Below are positions 26,491 through 36,856 of a stretch of DNA of 64,000 bases, in pieces. Numbering within the stretch: the stretch's first letter is position 1; the number at the start of each line of letters is the position of its first letter. The position numbers and the translations under genes are program-made. Location of the stretch: positions 977-64,976 of the forward strand of contig JAFGPA010000001.1 in the NCBI GenBank assembly GCA_016926175.1. The letters are read 5' to 3'. The notes under the pieces are model-generated. The model made no database searches. It saw only the letters and a program-made list of their open reading frames with translations, and had not been told where the DNA came from. Origin of the DNA: Candidatus Micrarchaeota archaeon (GTDB taxonomy: Archaea > Micrarchaeota > Micrarchaeia > Anstonellales > Bilamarchaeaceae).

Positions 26491-28331
26491 TGGAAGACCT
26501 TGCTATATCTGATTTTGGTTTAGTGCTGTTATTCGCAGTTCTGGCCGGCGTATTGTCAGTAAGGCTAAAGCTTCCACCCGTGGCAGGGCTTTTGTTTACG
26601 GGAATGTTACTGGGGCCAAACGTTTTTCACATCATTGAATCGCCAACAATTGAGGCATTTTCTCAGATTGGTTCGATAATGCTGCTTTTCATGATCGGTG
26701 TAGAATTCTCCATAACCAAATTACTTTCTACGGGAATACGCGCCATCATAAGCAGCATGCTCCTGATTTTTCTTACGTTCACAATTATGCATGAAGTGGC
26801 CCTTTTGACTGGTTTTGATTCTATCACCTCACTTTGCATCGGTTCAGTATTTTCAATCAGCAGTACTGCGATCATTATGAAAATACTGGAGCAAAAGAAA
26901 TTGATAGACCGAAAAGAAGTCCCGGTACTTGTTGCCATCCTAATTGTAGAGGATATCTTCGCAGTTTTCCTCCTTACTTTCTTCTCAAATCTCAAATCCG
27001 GCCTATATGTTGATGAAAATTTCCTTGCAGCTGCCATAATATCCCTGTCAATACTTGGTTTTGTTTATGTCATACTATTGAGAGTGCTGCAGAAACTTTC
27101 GCTGATTTTACTGCGCTATCAGGCCGAAGATACGAGAATACTTTTTTCATTTGCTCTTGGCATAGGACTTAGCGTAATAGCTTCATTCCTGGGCCTCACG
27201 CCGGCCATAGGTGCATTCCTGGCAGGCAGCATAATTGCAGGTTTGCCAAACAGCCGTGATTTTGAAAATTCGATAAGGCCATTTAGCCACGTATTCTCTT
27301 CGTTTTTCTTCCTGTCTGTAGGCATGCTGATAAATCCAGTTGCCCTTCTGACTTCTTTTGACCTGACACTTATACTTATAGGAAGTTTTATGGCGGTGGT
27401 TATGCTCTCCACCACATTGGCTTTCTACCTTATCACTACAAGCGGCCGCTCCTCAGTCTTTGCCGGGCTGGCAATGATTCCGCTTGGTGAATTCTCCCTC
27501 CTTATAGCTAAAGAAACTATTGGTCTTACTGAAGTGAATCTTGTGAATATAGCTTCCCTTGGCGTACTTATAACATCCATCTTCTGCTCTTTCCTTGTTC
27601 CCAGAAACGAGCAGGCATACCTGTGGTTCAAATCCAATCTTCCTTCAACTCTTCTATCAACTCTCAAGGATTCATCAAATTATTTTATCAATGTTATCAG
27701 TGCTTTCGAGCCAAACGGCTATTTCTACAATCTTTTAATTAAAGAAGTGAAGAATAGCTTATCTGACATACTCTTGGTTCTGGGGCTATCACTTTTCTAC
27801 ATTACAGTGCGCAGCTACCTCCAATTCCCTGTGGATCTTCTGGATCACACTTTTAGTGCTGATATGGGGCTGCTGGCTGCGCTTGTGATAATCTTCTCAT
27901 TTCCTCTGATAAAACTGGCGCTTTCCATAAAGAAGCTTCTTGGTGCCCTGTCCATGATTTTCACTTATACAACACCTATGACAAAAAAAGGGTCTATTCT
28001 CAGAAACATACTCATAGGAACTGTTCTTCTCATGCTTTTTGCCAATTTCTATCTCGTTATAGAATTTCTTGTACTTCCCAGAATCTTCAATCTGCTTTCG
28101 ATTATTTTCGGCCTGCTTTCAATATTTTTCTTCTGGAGTGCAATAAGAGTTTCAACAATCTGGCTGTATATCAGCAAAATGCAACCTATCGATATAATGA
28201 AAAAACAAATCCTGACATCCCAGGATGATCCGGTATCTGGATATATATCTCCTTCTGCCGGATTGGAAACACAAAAAAAGAAAAAAGTTTCGAAAAAGAG
28301 GAAAACTCCAAAAAATAAAAACTTGCGATAA
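26490..28331 (+). CDS. cation:proton antiporter (CPA2/Kef-type Na+/H+ exchanger family) with an extra C-terminal membrane domain
   Basis: Start chosen at ATG 26490 (MEDLAISDFGLVLLFAVLAGVLSVRLKLPPVAGLLFTGMLLGP). More than 12 TM segments. Lys-rich tail. Confidence 0.85.
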   Translation: MEDLAISDFGLVLLFAVLAGVLSVRLKLPPVAGLLFTGMLLGPNVFHIIESPTIEAFSQIGSIMLLFMIGVEFSITKLLSTGIRAIISSMLLIFLTFTIMHEVALLTGFDSITSLCIGSVFSISSTAIIMKILEQKKLIDRKEVPVLVAILIVEDIFAVFLLTFFSNLKSGLYVDENFLAAAIISLSILGFVYVILLRVLQKLSLILLRYQAEDTRILFSFALGIGLSVIASFLGLTPAIGAFLAGSIIAGLPNSRDFENSIRPFSHVFSSFFFLSVGMLINPVALLTSFDLTLILIGSFMAVVMLSTTLAFYLITTSGRSSVFAGLAMIPLGEFSLLIAKETIGLTEVNLVNIASLGVLITSIFCSFLVPRNEQAYLWFKSNLPSTLLSTLKDSSNYFINVISAFEPNGYFYNLLIKEVKNSLSDILLVLGLSLFYITVRSYLQFPVDLLDHTFSADMGLLAALVIIFSFPLIKLALSIKKLLGALSMIFTYTTPMTKKGSILRNILIGTVLLMLFANFYLVIEFLVLPRIFNLLSIIFGLLSIFFFWSAIRVSTIWLYISKMQPIDIMKKQILTSQDDPVSGYISPSAGLETQKKKKVSKKRKTPKNKNLR

Positions 28332-28681
28332 CTGCAGGTCTTGGCCGGATTTCCTGACAGCGGAACCTGTTTTTCCAAAAAACAGAAGATGTTATTTTTA
28401 TATAATTCAAATTTTCCATTATTTTTCTGTTTTTAAATTTTTGCCATCTCTTTTTTACGTCATAATTAAGAGATGCAAAAATCTCAGAATATAAAGTTGC
28501 TGTTTATTAATCCGGATATCCGTAATTATGCTGGTCGCGTTGAAATAAAAGGCCAAAAACCCAATGCGCCGAAGGTGAAAAAAATGGCCAAAAAGCCAAA
28601 ACCAAAACCGGCTGAGTAACCCTGCCGAATGAATGGATTTCATGTTCATTTTTTTCATTTTTTTATGGTGAGGTGACCATT

Positions 28682-28840
28682 ATGTTTGAAGGAAACAGAA
28701 AATGCATGATATGCCAGGCGGATCTCTCTGAAAAAGAGCGAAATTTCGGCGTAAGCCTTTCCGGATACACCTGTGTGTTCTGCAATGACTGCATAAAGAC
28801 AAAAAAAGGAGAGATTGTAGACCTGCTTCACAGTAAATGA
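28682..28840 (+). CDS. small zinc-ribbon protein (52 aa), below the ORF-track length cutoff
   Basis: The ATG is preceded by GGTGAGGTGA. The protein is MFEGNRKCMICQADLSEKERNFGVSLSGYTCVFCNDCIKTKKGEIVDLLHSK, with CxxC...CxxCxxC (TRASH/FCS-like spacing). Confidence 0.5.
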   Translation: MFEGNRKCMICQADLSEKERNFGVSLSGYTCVFCNDCIKTKKGEIVDLLHSK

Positions 28841-28923
28841 TCTTTGTTGCTTTGGCCTGGCCAGCTACCTCCAGGCATTTTTTTCTTTTTTCTAACAATC
28901 CACTTCGGCCATACAAAGGGCAA

Positions 28924-29490
28924 TTACCTGAACTTTCCTTCAATTACAATTTCTTCAAGCGGTCTCCTGCCGCTCATCTCCTCTTTTTCACGAAGCTTTT
29001 CCGGCAAATCGTCTTTTTTGCCTGGCTTGCCTACTGCGACCATGCAATGGATCTCGTGTTCACTTGGAAGATTAATGATTTTTGCTGCCCTTTCATAATC
29101 AAACCCTTCCATGGCATGGGCAACAAGGCCCCTTCCGCTTGCTTCGAGTGCCAGATTCTCCCAGGCAGCTCCGCTGTCAAATGCATGGGTTCTTGAAGGC
29201 TTACTATTGCGGTCAAAGGTTTTCTTTGAAACAACAATGACAAGTACCGCGGCATTTTTTGTCCAGCTTTGGTTAAATTCACTCATGAGGCTGAAAAACC
29301 CATTCCAGCTGCCTGAATCTCTTTTTGCATAGACAAATCTCCAGGGCTGCCCATTGTATGATGAAGGGGCCCATCCGGCAGCCTCAAAAAGGGCCATCAT
29401 TTCATCATCAGGAATATTCTCTCCTGACATTGCTCTTGGGGACCACCTGTTCAATATAATGTCTTTTATCCCGTAATTGGAAGTTCTCAT
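28924..29490 (-). CDS. nitroreductase family protein
   Basis: Start chosen at ATG 29490 (MRTSNYGIKDIILNRWSPRAM...APSSYNGQPWRFVY). Confidence 0.85.
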   Translation of the reverse strand: MRTSNYGIKDIILNRWSPRAMSGENIPDDEMMALFEAAGWAPSSYNGQPWRFVYAKRDSGSWNGFFSLMSEFNQSWTKNAAVLVIVVSKKTFDRNSKPSRTHAFDSGAAWENLALEASGRGLVAHAMEGFDYERAAKIINLPSEHEIHCMVAVGKPGKKDDLPEKLREKEEMSGRRPLEEIVIEGKFR

Positions 29491-29603
29491 AACTGAAATG
29501 GACAGAGCAAAAATATAATATTTGCCTATATTTTCACCACAAGCCTTTCTAAAACAGGTAAAATAAACAAAACATTTTAATATTCTGTCATGAAAATAAC
29601 AAC

Positions 29604-30785
29604 ATGGCGGCCAAACCAAAGGAACAACCATCCTACCAGCCCAGAACAAGCAAGGTTTCGGGGTTGGCTCTAAGGCCGGCCCAGCTAAACAAATTCAAGG
29701 ATGTTCTTGAAGATGGCGAGCTTGCCAATCTTCTTAATGCCCTGTTTCATGGATCGAGGGAGCTGGTTTTTTTCTCTGATTGCACCGGAAGATTCCTTCA
29801 CGCAAACAACAGAACCATGGAAGCATTGGGCTATTCCATAGATGAACTAAGAAGAACAGATCTCCAGTCCCTTCTTCCGATAGAACATATGATGTCTTTC
29901 ATGCATGATCTTGCCGATCTGGTGCACAGGACCGATCCTGACAATCCAAGAAGGTTTATTGTCCGTTCAAAATCAATGGAAAAACTCCTGATAGAAGCAA
30001 CCCCGATAATCCTGGTCCGTGATAATAATCCTGAAGCTATACTCTGGCATGCCCAGCTCCTGCAGAATCTTGATGGTAATGACGAATGCAGGCAAAAAGA
30101 AAGAGAGCTTGAGGCAGTTGCAGAAGCTTCGAGCAGGGCGGCGCACGACATTAAAAATCTTTTAACCTGCCCAAATTCAGTTCTTGAAATGTTGAAAAAT
30201 ATTGATCTTGAAAACCCTTCTCCCAAACAGCTTTCAATTATAAGGAAAAACATTGACGGTGCAATAGAAAGCGTTCAAAAAGTGATCCGGCTTACTGCTG
30301 ATATGATGCTTCTTGCAAGGCCGAAAAATGCCCAGTTCCAGAGCGTCGAGCTAAAATCATTCATGGCATATCTTGTGATGCGCGTCAGTGCACTTAAGCC
30401 TCAAAATATTGAAGTTGACTACGATTTTGATTGTTCAGACTGCTTTGTGCATTGTGACCGGCAGATGCTTGATAGGGGCATTACAAATGTATTCCTTAAT
30501 GCCATTGAAGCAATGCCCTGCGGAGGAAAACTTACTGTTACTACCAGAAAAGCGGAGGACAACCTGATAATCCTGATCCGGGATACCGGCTGCGGAATTT
30601 CAAAAGCAGATCTTCCGAAAATTTTCGATCCTTATGTTACTACTAAGAAAGAAGGTACCGGGCTTGGTCTTGCAATAGCCAAAAAAGCAATAAAAGACTG
30701 TGATGGGACAATAGCCGTGGACAGTTGCTGTGGTGCAGGAACGACCTTCAAAATCACAGTTCCGGTAACGCCAAAGGCCCTGTGA
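29604..30785 (+). CDS. cytoplasmic PAS-domain sensor histidine kinase
   Basis: PAS-like N-terminal half. H-box AAHDIKNLL. HATPase_c N/G boxes (NAIEAM, RDTGCGI, GTGLGLAIAK). No TM segments. Confidence 0.85.
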   Translation: MAAKPKEQPSYQPRTSKVSGLALRPAQLNKFKDVLEDGELANLLNALFHGSRELVFFSDCTGRFLHANNRTMEALGYSIDELRRTDLQSLLPIEHMMSFMHDLADLVHRTDPDNPRRFIVRSKSMEKLLIEATPIILVRDNNPEAILWHAQLLQNLDGNDECRQKERELEAVAEASSRAAHDIKNLLTCPNSVLEMLKNIDLENPSPKQLSIIRKNIDGAIESVQKVIRLTADMMLLARPKNAQFQSVELKSFMAYLVMRVSALKPQNIEVDYDFDCSDCFVHCDRQMLDRGITNVFLNAIEAMPCGGKLTVTTRKAEDNLIILIRDTGCGISKADLPKIFDPYVTTKKEGTGLGLAIAKKAIKDCDGTIAVDSCCGAGTTFKITVPVTPKAL

Positions 30786-30826
30786 TAATGAAAACCATTA
30801 AAAATATCATATAATTGTGTGTTCCT

Positions 30827-31162
30827 ATGTTCTCCGAATATGTTGGCATTTTGATTATTCTCCTTGATCTGACAGGCATAAGCATGATACTTTTTGGTGT
30901 TGTACTATCAGTTTACAGGATACTGAAAATAGAGATCAAACGCCACAAAAACCGGTTCAGGGAATATGAAAATACCAAGAGAATCTTCATACAAAAGCTT
31001 ATTTTCGGACTTGATTTCTTTGTTGCCAGGGATCTTCTGAAGCTTGTAATTGTCGAGACTCAGGGAGAGATATTAAACATAGCATTTATTGTCATAGTCC
31101 GTACACTTTTGTCATGGTCCCTTTCAAAAGAAATTCATCTTCATGAGGAAAAAATGGACTAA
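30827..31162 (+). CDS. DUF1622 membrane protein
   Basis: The pattern MFSEYVGILIILLDLTG...FGLDFFVARDLLK...VRTLLSW is typical of DUF1622. Confidence 0.7.
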   Translation: MFSEYVGILIILLDLTGISMILFGVVLSVYRILKIEIKRHKNRFREYENTKRIFIQKLIFGLDFFVARDLLKLVIVETQGEILNIAFIVIVRTLLSWSLSKEIHLHEEKMD

Positions 31163-32901
31163 CGGAAACTTCCCTCTCCAAGAGCTATTGCAGTCTCAAT
31201 TATTGCCATGTGTGTGTATGCCTGGGGGAAATTTCCTGTCAGTTCCTTTGTTTTTGGATTAATCCCCTCAGAAAACAATCCAAGGTGATTGGAGTAGGAA
31301 AGGAAATTTCTGAATAATTCTTTTGCCTTTTCCTCTTCACCTATTGCAAACAGCGCTTCAATGAACCAGCAGGTTGCGATACTGAAGGTATTTACCGGAT
31401 AGCCGAAATCATCCTTCATTTTATACCTGAATGCGAGGCCGTCTTCTACAAGTTCTTTTTCAATGGCCTTTACCGTTGCAATAAACCGCGGATCTTTTGC
31501 ATCTATGAATCCGTATTTGTGCATGACAAGTACGCTGGCATCAAGTTCATCCGCGCCGTAATACATTGTAAATGCCTGCTTTTTCATGTTCCATCCTTTC
31601 TGAAGGATAGTTTCCCTCATAATATCCCGTTTTACTTTCAGCTTTTCTATGTTCTCAGTTTGGCGGAAATATTCTGCTATCTTTATTCCCCTGTCCAGTG
31701 CAACCCATGCCATGAATTTTGAAAACAGGAAATGCTCCCTTATCCCCCTGAATTCCCATATTCCCTGGTCTTTTTCTTCCCATATTGAAAGGGTATTCAC
31801 AATGAGGTTTTCCAGTATCTCAAAAATTGCACTGCTTTTATCGTAATGGGATTTTGTTATGTATCTGTGTACTGCATCGAGTATTTCTCCGTTTACGTCT
31901 ATCTGGAGCTGGTCGTAGGCAGCATTTCCTATTCTGACCGGCCTGGATCCTTTATAGCCATCGAAATGATCCAGGGTAAACTCCTCAATGTTTCTTTCTC
32001 CTTCCACACCATACAGGACCTGAAGGGGGCCCTTTGAGCAAAGAAAAAGCAATATGTCAAGGAATCCTTTTCCCACATCAAGATCTCCGAGTTTTGTGAG
32101 CACCCTGACTGTCAAAGCAGAATCGCGGAGCCAGAAATACCTGTAATCCCAGTTTCTTACATCTCCGACTATTTCCGGGAGAGAGGTAGTTGCTGCAGCG
32201 ACCATGGTCCCTGTTTTCAGATATCTGAGCAGTTCAAGCACAAGCGCACTCCTTATTACCATGCCCTTGTTTTCAGCAGATTCAGGGATTTTTATCCTGT
32301 TTACTACTGTTTTCCAGTATTGCCCTGTTTTTTCCAGATCCTCATAAAGGCTGTCCTTTTTTTCTTTGCAGTTGAAGCTGATTATCATCAGGCTGCTCTT
32401 TTCCAGAACCACCTCTTTTTCGTTGATTATGCAGTCGTAGTCAATATCAGAATAAAGGTATATCCGGTCCTTTCCATCCGTTGCAATTATGCATCCATCT
32501 TCTTTTTTTACCGAAGTCTCTCCCCTTGCATAGTTCATTTTCGGATTGAATCTGATCTTTATCCGCGGTTTCCCACGTTTCAGCCTTACTATTCTGTGGA
32601 TGCTGTCACTGTGGGACGCCATTGGAAAATAATCAATCACTGAAAACTCGCCATCTGTCCCTTCAAATGCCGTTTCAAGAATATTTGTATCGCCCATGTA
32701 GGTTTGGGACGTTTTATATTCTCCTATGGGAGTTATGCCAAATTCTCCGCCCTGGCCAGTAAGCAGTTTTGCAAATGCCGTGGGGCTGTCAAATCTCGGC
32801 AGGCACAGCCATTCAATTGAACTGTTTTCTTTTACCAGTGCAGCTGTCCTGCAATTGCCAATAACACCATAATTAAATGTCATAATACCGATCTCATTCA
32901 T
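31159..32901 (-). CDS. glycoside hydrolase family 15 (glucoamylase/trehalase-like)
   Basis: NYGVIGNCRTAALV, WDYRYFWLRDSA and an (alpha/alpha)6 catalytic region. 4-nt overlap with dus. Confidence 0.85.
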   Translation of the reverse strand: MNEIGIMTFNYGVIGNCRTAALVKENSSIEWLCLPRFDSPTAFAKLLTGQGGEFGITPIGEYKTSQTYMGDTNILETAFEGTDGEFSVIDYFPMASHSDSIHRIVRLKRGKPRIKIRFNPKMNYARGETSVKKEDGCIIATDGKDRIYLYSDIDYDCIINEKEVVLEKSSLMIISFNCKEKKDSLYEDLEKTGQYWKTVVNRIKIPESAENKGMVIRSALVLELLRYLKTGTMVAAATTSLPEIVGDVRNWDYRYFWLRDSALTVRVLTKLGDLDVGKGFLDILLFLCSKGPLQVLYGVEGERNIEEFTLDHFDGYKGSRPVRIGNAAYDQLQIDVNGEILDAVHRYITKSHYDKSSAIFEILENLIVNTLSIWEEKDQGIWEFRGIREHFLFSKFMAWVALDRGIKIAEYFRQTENIEKLKVKRDIMRETILQKGWNMKKQAFTMYYGADELDASVLVMHKYGFIDAKDPRFIATVKAIEKELVEDGLAFRYKMKDDFGYPVNTFSIATCWFIEALFAIGEEEKAKELFRNFLSYSNHLGLFSEGINPKTKELTGNFPQAYTHMAIIETAIALGEGSFR

Positions 32902-33737
32902 ATTATTTTAATGGCTTCCCGTATTTCCTTTATTGTTTTCGCCCTTGAAATTATGTTTCTCATAGCTGGAGCGCCTTTAAATCCTGATATGAAATGCATT
33001 GCTTTTAATCTGATATCCTTTAAGCCCGGGACTACCCCGCCAATTTCCATATATTCATCCAGCATGTCCTGTGGATCAGTTATCTTCCTGTCAGAAAACA
33101 GCAGTGGATTTGACATTGCGGCCCGGCCAGCCATAAAAGAGTCGCAATAGCCTTTTTTTACATAGTTCTTCCCTTCCCATGCCATGGTAATGTCGCCATT
33201 TCCTATAACCGGAATTTCACTCTCTTGCTTTATTCTTTTTATTATTTCCCAGTTGTTTTTTCCGCTGTAACCCTGGCCCGGGGTTCTTCCATGGACTATC
33301 AGGAAATCAGCACCGGTTTTTCTGCACAGTTCCATTGTGTCATCAGTTATCCGTATTTTGATGCTTACCGGAATCCCGCACTTTTTCATTTCTGCAACTG
33401 ACCGGACTATCTTTTCCGGATTATCGAGGAGAGCGCTTCCTCCGCCGCAGCTTCTTGTGCGGCTGGAAGGGCAGCCGCAATTAAGGTTAAGCCATTTTAT
33501 TTCAGGATTGCCATCCACAATTCTGCGGCATGCCTTTCCTATTGTTTCCGGGTTGTTGCCTACCAGCTGCACACCAAGGTTTTTCTCTTCAGGATGAATT
33601 CCGGCTTCCCTGCCAACCAAAACTGCATCTGCATTTATCAACGGAACGCAGGATGCCTCTGCTCCATATCTGCTGCAGAGTAATCTGAATGCAGCATCAC
33701 TATACCCGTCAATAGGAGCAAGAAAACTCTTATACAT
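32898..33737 (-). CDS. dus: tRNA-dihydrouridine synthase (Dus family, FMN TIM barrel)
   Basis: LAPIDGYSDAAFRLL...VQLVGNNP...LNCGCPS...VHGRT...PVIGNGDI. Confidence 0.85.
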   Translation of the reverse strand: MYKSFLAPIDGYSDAAFRLLCSRYGAEASCVPLINADAVLVGREAGIHPEEKNLGVQLVGNNPETIGKACRRIVDGNPEIKWLNLNCGCPSSRTRSCGGGSALLDNPEKIVRSVAEMKKCGIPVSIKIRITDDTMELCRKTGADFLIVHGRTPGQGYSGKNNWEIIKRIKQESEIPVIGNGDITMAWEGKNYVKKGYCDSFMAGRAAMSNPLLFSDRKITDPQDMLDEYMEIGGVVPGLKDIRLKAMHFISGFKGAPAMRNIISRAKTIKEIREAIKII

Positions 33738-34253
33738 GGTAATAGATTTGCTTAATTAAAATTATAAGAAGGACAGCTTTCCCAATCTAACCCTCAACCA
33801 TCTTTGGAACAGGGTATTCCTCATCAGGCAAGACATTCCTCCTTCCGAGCTGTCCTCCGATTCCATTTACCCTCGAAACCATTCTTATCATCTATACCCC
33901 CTCGGTATATATACTGTTCTATGAACTATATATATGTTTTTGGATTTTTTATGTGAAATTATACAATAAGAAACTGCCATTTACTGTATTTTAGTTTCAA
34001 ATTACAAAAATTTTATGGAAAAAAACTGCTTTTACGCCGTAGAAAATTTCCGTAATTTTTGGTCATTTTTGAGGATTTTTTGACACACCCTTTCAGGAAA
34101 AACTATCTTCAATGACAAATTCTTATCATTAATCTGTATCCTAAAACATTTGTTCTACTTGCCAAATGTGATTGAGCACTGTTTTTGGTCAAATATCCCA
34201 CACCAAAATTTTCCAGCATCAATCTTTAAAGCCTTTAGAATTACTATCCTTCA

Positions 34254-35846
34254 ATGCTCACTTTTGATATTGCATTTGCAATTGTCCCCGGTCTTATACT
34301 TTTTCTCTATGGCATTGAGAACTTCAGCCGGGAAATACAGAATATTGCAGGTGAGAAATTCAGAAGCCTGCTTGGCAAAGCAACAAATCATCCGCTTAAA
34401 GGCGCCATACTGGGTGCAGGCGTGACCTCGATTATACAGTCAAGCACTGCAACAACAGTCATTGTTGTCGGCCTTGTCGGATCAGGGGTAATTCCATTCA
34501 CCCAGAGCCTTGGCGTGATAATAGGTGCAAACGTCGGAAGTACAGTTACCGCACAGCTTGTGGCGTTCAAGCTTACTTATCTTGCTCCTATATTCATTTT
34601 CCTTGGATTCCTGATTTCCCTTCTGGGCAGAAAATACAGTTTTCTTGGAAAGCCGATATTTTATTTTGGCCTTGTTTTCTTTTCTCTGAACCTGATATCT
34701 GCTGCCATTGAGCCTTTAAAGGAAGATCCTGAAGTGATTGGTCTTTTTGCGCAGTTTTCAAATATCCTCATTGCAATTGCAGGAGGCTTTCTTTTCACCC
34801 TGGTAGTCCAGTCAAGCTCGGTTACCACTGGTATAGTGGTTGTGCTTGTGGGTGCCGGCCTGCTTTCGCTTGAGCAGGGAATCCCAATAATCATGGGCTC
34901 CAACATAGGAACAACCATCACTTCCTATTTTGCATCAATAAATCTGGATGTTTTTGCAAAAAGGGCAGCAGCGGCCCATTTTATTTTCAATTTCGGAGGA
35001 GTGCTGATTTTCCTTCCGTTTATATCCGGATTTGCTGATTTTGTGGTCGGTTTTGGCGGTTCTCCTGCACAGCAGATGGCAAATGCCCACCTCCTTTTTA
35101 ATCTCATATCAGCGGCAATCTTTCTCATCGCTATTCCGGAATTTGAAAATGCAATAAAAAGAATAGTTCCGGGAAAGCAGAAGGAAATAATATTCCGGCC
35201 AAAATACCTGAACGAAGAGCTTCCCCAGTCAAACCTGGATGCCATAAATCTGATTTCAAATGAACTTCGCCATTCCCTTGAAATTACTTCAGAGCTTTAT
35301 TCAAGCTCCATGAAAATTCTGCATGGTTCTTCTGATGTCGCTACTGTCACAAAACTTGAAACGTTCAATGATTATCTTGATGATCAGATAAGTGACAGGA
35401 TTTTTGAGTTGTCCAAAAGGGAACTTACCATGGCGGAAGCAAAAAAGATTGTTTTGCTTGTAAGAATGTCAAACAGCATAGAGCAGCTTGGTGACATTGC
35501 AGAAAGCATTGCATATGTGTCACTCAGGCTTCGTGGATCCGGATCATCTCTTTCAGAGCCTGCAATAGAATCCATAGACAGTGCTTTCAGCAAGTTTGAG
35601 GAAACACTTTCCATAATATCGAAATCCGTTCCATCTGTTGGCAGGAAAGAAAAAGAAACGATAAAACGAAATGACGCTGAACTGGGGGATATAATAACTC
35701 AGAGCTACAAGGATCATCTCAGGAGGCTTTACACCCAAAAAGCATATGCAGGCACCACATTCGTGCGCCTGATTCACATGATAGAGTCGGCAAATTCTGT
35801 TGCCGGAAACATAAGGCAGTTTTCAGAAACTTACAGTAAACTTTAA
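34254..35846 (+). CDS. Na+/phosphate cotransporter family protein with a PhoU-like C-terminal domain
   Basis: Duplicated QSSTATTVIVVGLV and QSSSVTTGIVVVLV motifs. The C-terminal helical domain is PhoU-like. Confidence 0.85.
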   Translation: MLTFDIAFAIVPGLILFLYGIENFSREIQNIAGEKFRSLLGKATNHPLKGAILGAGVTSIIQSSTATTVIVVGLVGSGVIPFTQSLGVIIGANVGSTVTAQLVAFKLTYLAPIFIFLGFLISLLGRKYSFLGKPIFYFGLVFFSLNLISAAIEPLKEDPEVIGLFAQFSNILIAIAGGFLFTLVVQSSSVTTGIVVVLVGAGLLSLEQGIPIIMGSNIGTTITSYFASINLDVFAKRAAAAHFIFNFGGVLIFLPFISGFADFVVGFGGSPAQQMANAHLLFNLISAAIFLIAIPEFENAIKRIVPGKQKEIIFRPKYLNEELPQSNLDAINLISNELRHSLEITSELYSSSMKILHGSSDVATVTKLETFNDYLDDQISDRIFELSKRELTMAEAKKIVLLVRMSNSIEQLGDIAESIAYVSLRLRGSGSSLSEPAIESIDSAFSKFEETLSIISKSVPSVGRKEKETIKRNDAELGDIITQSYKDHLRRLYTQKAYAGTTFVRLIHMIESANSVAGNIRQFSETYSKL

Positions 35847-35896
35847 ATTAGTTGTCTGATGTTGATAATCTGCAAATTTTCAGAGAGGTGAAACAA

Positions 35897-36211
35897 ATGG
35901 AAGAACAAACAGAACAACCAAAGACAGAAATGCCCCGGAGAAGAGACGACAATACAGTTTTCGTAGGAAAAAAAGGCACGATGGGCTATGTTTTGGCAGT
36001 TGTAACACAGTTTAACAATGGAGCAAAAGAAGTAGTTGTCAAAGCAAGGGGCAAACTTATTTCCCGGGCAGTTGATGTTGTTGAAATTGTCCGACACAGA
36101 TTTATGCCTGATTCAAAAGTTGACGAAATCAAGATTTCAACTGAAGAACTTACGTCTGAAGATGGATCTATAAACAAGGTTTCATCAATAGAAATCAAGA
36201 TTCAGAAATAA
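35897..36211 (+). CDS. albA: DNA/RNA-binding protein Alba
   Basis: ATG 35897 is preceded by [60 protein letters not shown]. Confidence 0.9.
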   Translation: MEEQTEQPKTEMPRRRDDNTVFVGKKGTMGYVLAVVTQFNNGAKEVVVKARGKLISRAVDVVEIVRHRFMPDSKVDEIKISTEELTSEDGSINKVSSIEIKIQK

Positions 36212-36219
36212 GTGATAAG

Positions 36220-36840
36220 ATGAAAGGAGTCCTCGACATAAGGGGAGTACTGCTTGCGCTGTTTTTCGGCATAGTACTATTCCTCTTTGGAGGGCTCAAT
36301 TATCTTATCCTGATGCTGTTCTTTTTCTTTCTTGCAGTTGCCGTTACAAAATACGAATATGAAATAAAGCGCGATATGGGCTTATATGAGCATGAGCGGG
36401 GATGGGAAAACGTATTATCAAACGGTCTTCTTCCTGCAATACTTGCAGTTCTGAGTCCAATTACGGGTCCGATACCTTTTGTTGCTTCTATTGCAGCAGT
36501 AACTGCCGACAAATTCGGTTCTGAAATAGGAATTCTTGATCCAAAAGACCCAATATCCCTCCTTAACCTGAAAGCCATCAAACCTGGAACAAGCGGAGCT
36601 ATGAGCGTGCTTGGTACTGTAGGCTCATTTGCAGGAGCTTCATTAATAGGAGCATCGTCAATGTTTATCTTTTCTTTTGATCCTACCCAGGCATTGCTGA
36701 TAGGCATTGCCGGATTGGCAGGGTCAATAGCAGACACCCTTTTTGGAGTATTGGAAGAAAGGGGCATCGGAACAAAAGGGACTACAAATTTCATATGTTC
36801 AATTACCGGAGCGGCCATCGGTTATTATTTAATATCTTAG
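36220..36840 (+). CDS. DUF92 (TMEM19-like) integral membrane protein
   Basis: The pattern FLAVAVTKYEYEIK...RGWENVLSNG...TADKFGSEIG...IADTLFG fits the DUF92 family. Confidence 0.6.
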   Translation: MKGVLDIRGVLLALFFGIVLFLFGGLNYLILMLFFFFLAVAVTKYEYEIKRDMGLYEHERGWENVLSNGLLPAILAVLSPITGPIPFVASIAAVTADKFGSEIGILDPKDPISLLNLKAIKPGTSGAMSVLGTVGSFAGASLIGASSMFIFSFDPTQALLIGIAGLAGSIADTLFGVLEERGIGTKGTTNFICSITGAAIGYYLIS

Positions 36841-36856
36841 TTGTGAGGTCTTACCC

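Noticed and set aside
28584-28619. An 11-codon ORF (MAKKPKPKPAE) with AAGGTGA upstream.
   Set aside because: It is too short and too low in complexity to support as a gene from sequence alone.
28680-28943. 87-aa minus-strand ORF listed in the track.
   Set aside because: It has no RBS and an odd composition, and it overlaps the nitroreductase stop. The plus-strand 52-aa zinc-ribbon ORF with a strong GGTGAGGTGA site explains the region better.
33900-34253. AT-rich intergenic region considered as a replication origin.
   Set aside because: No orc1/cdc6 gene is adjacent. No clear ORB/mini-ORB inverted repeats are present, only short A/T tracts.
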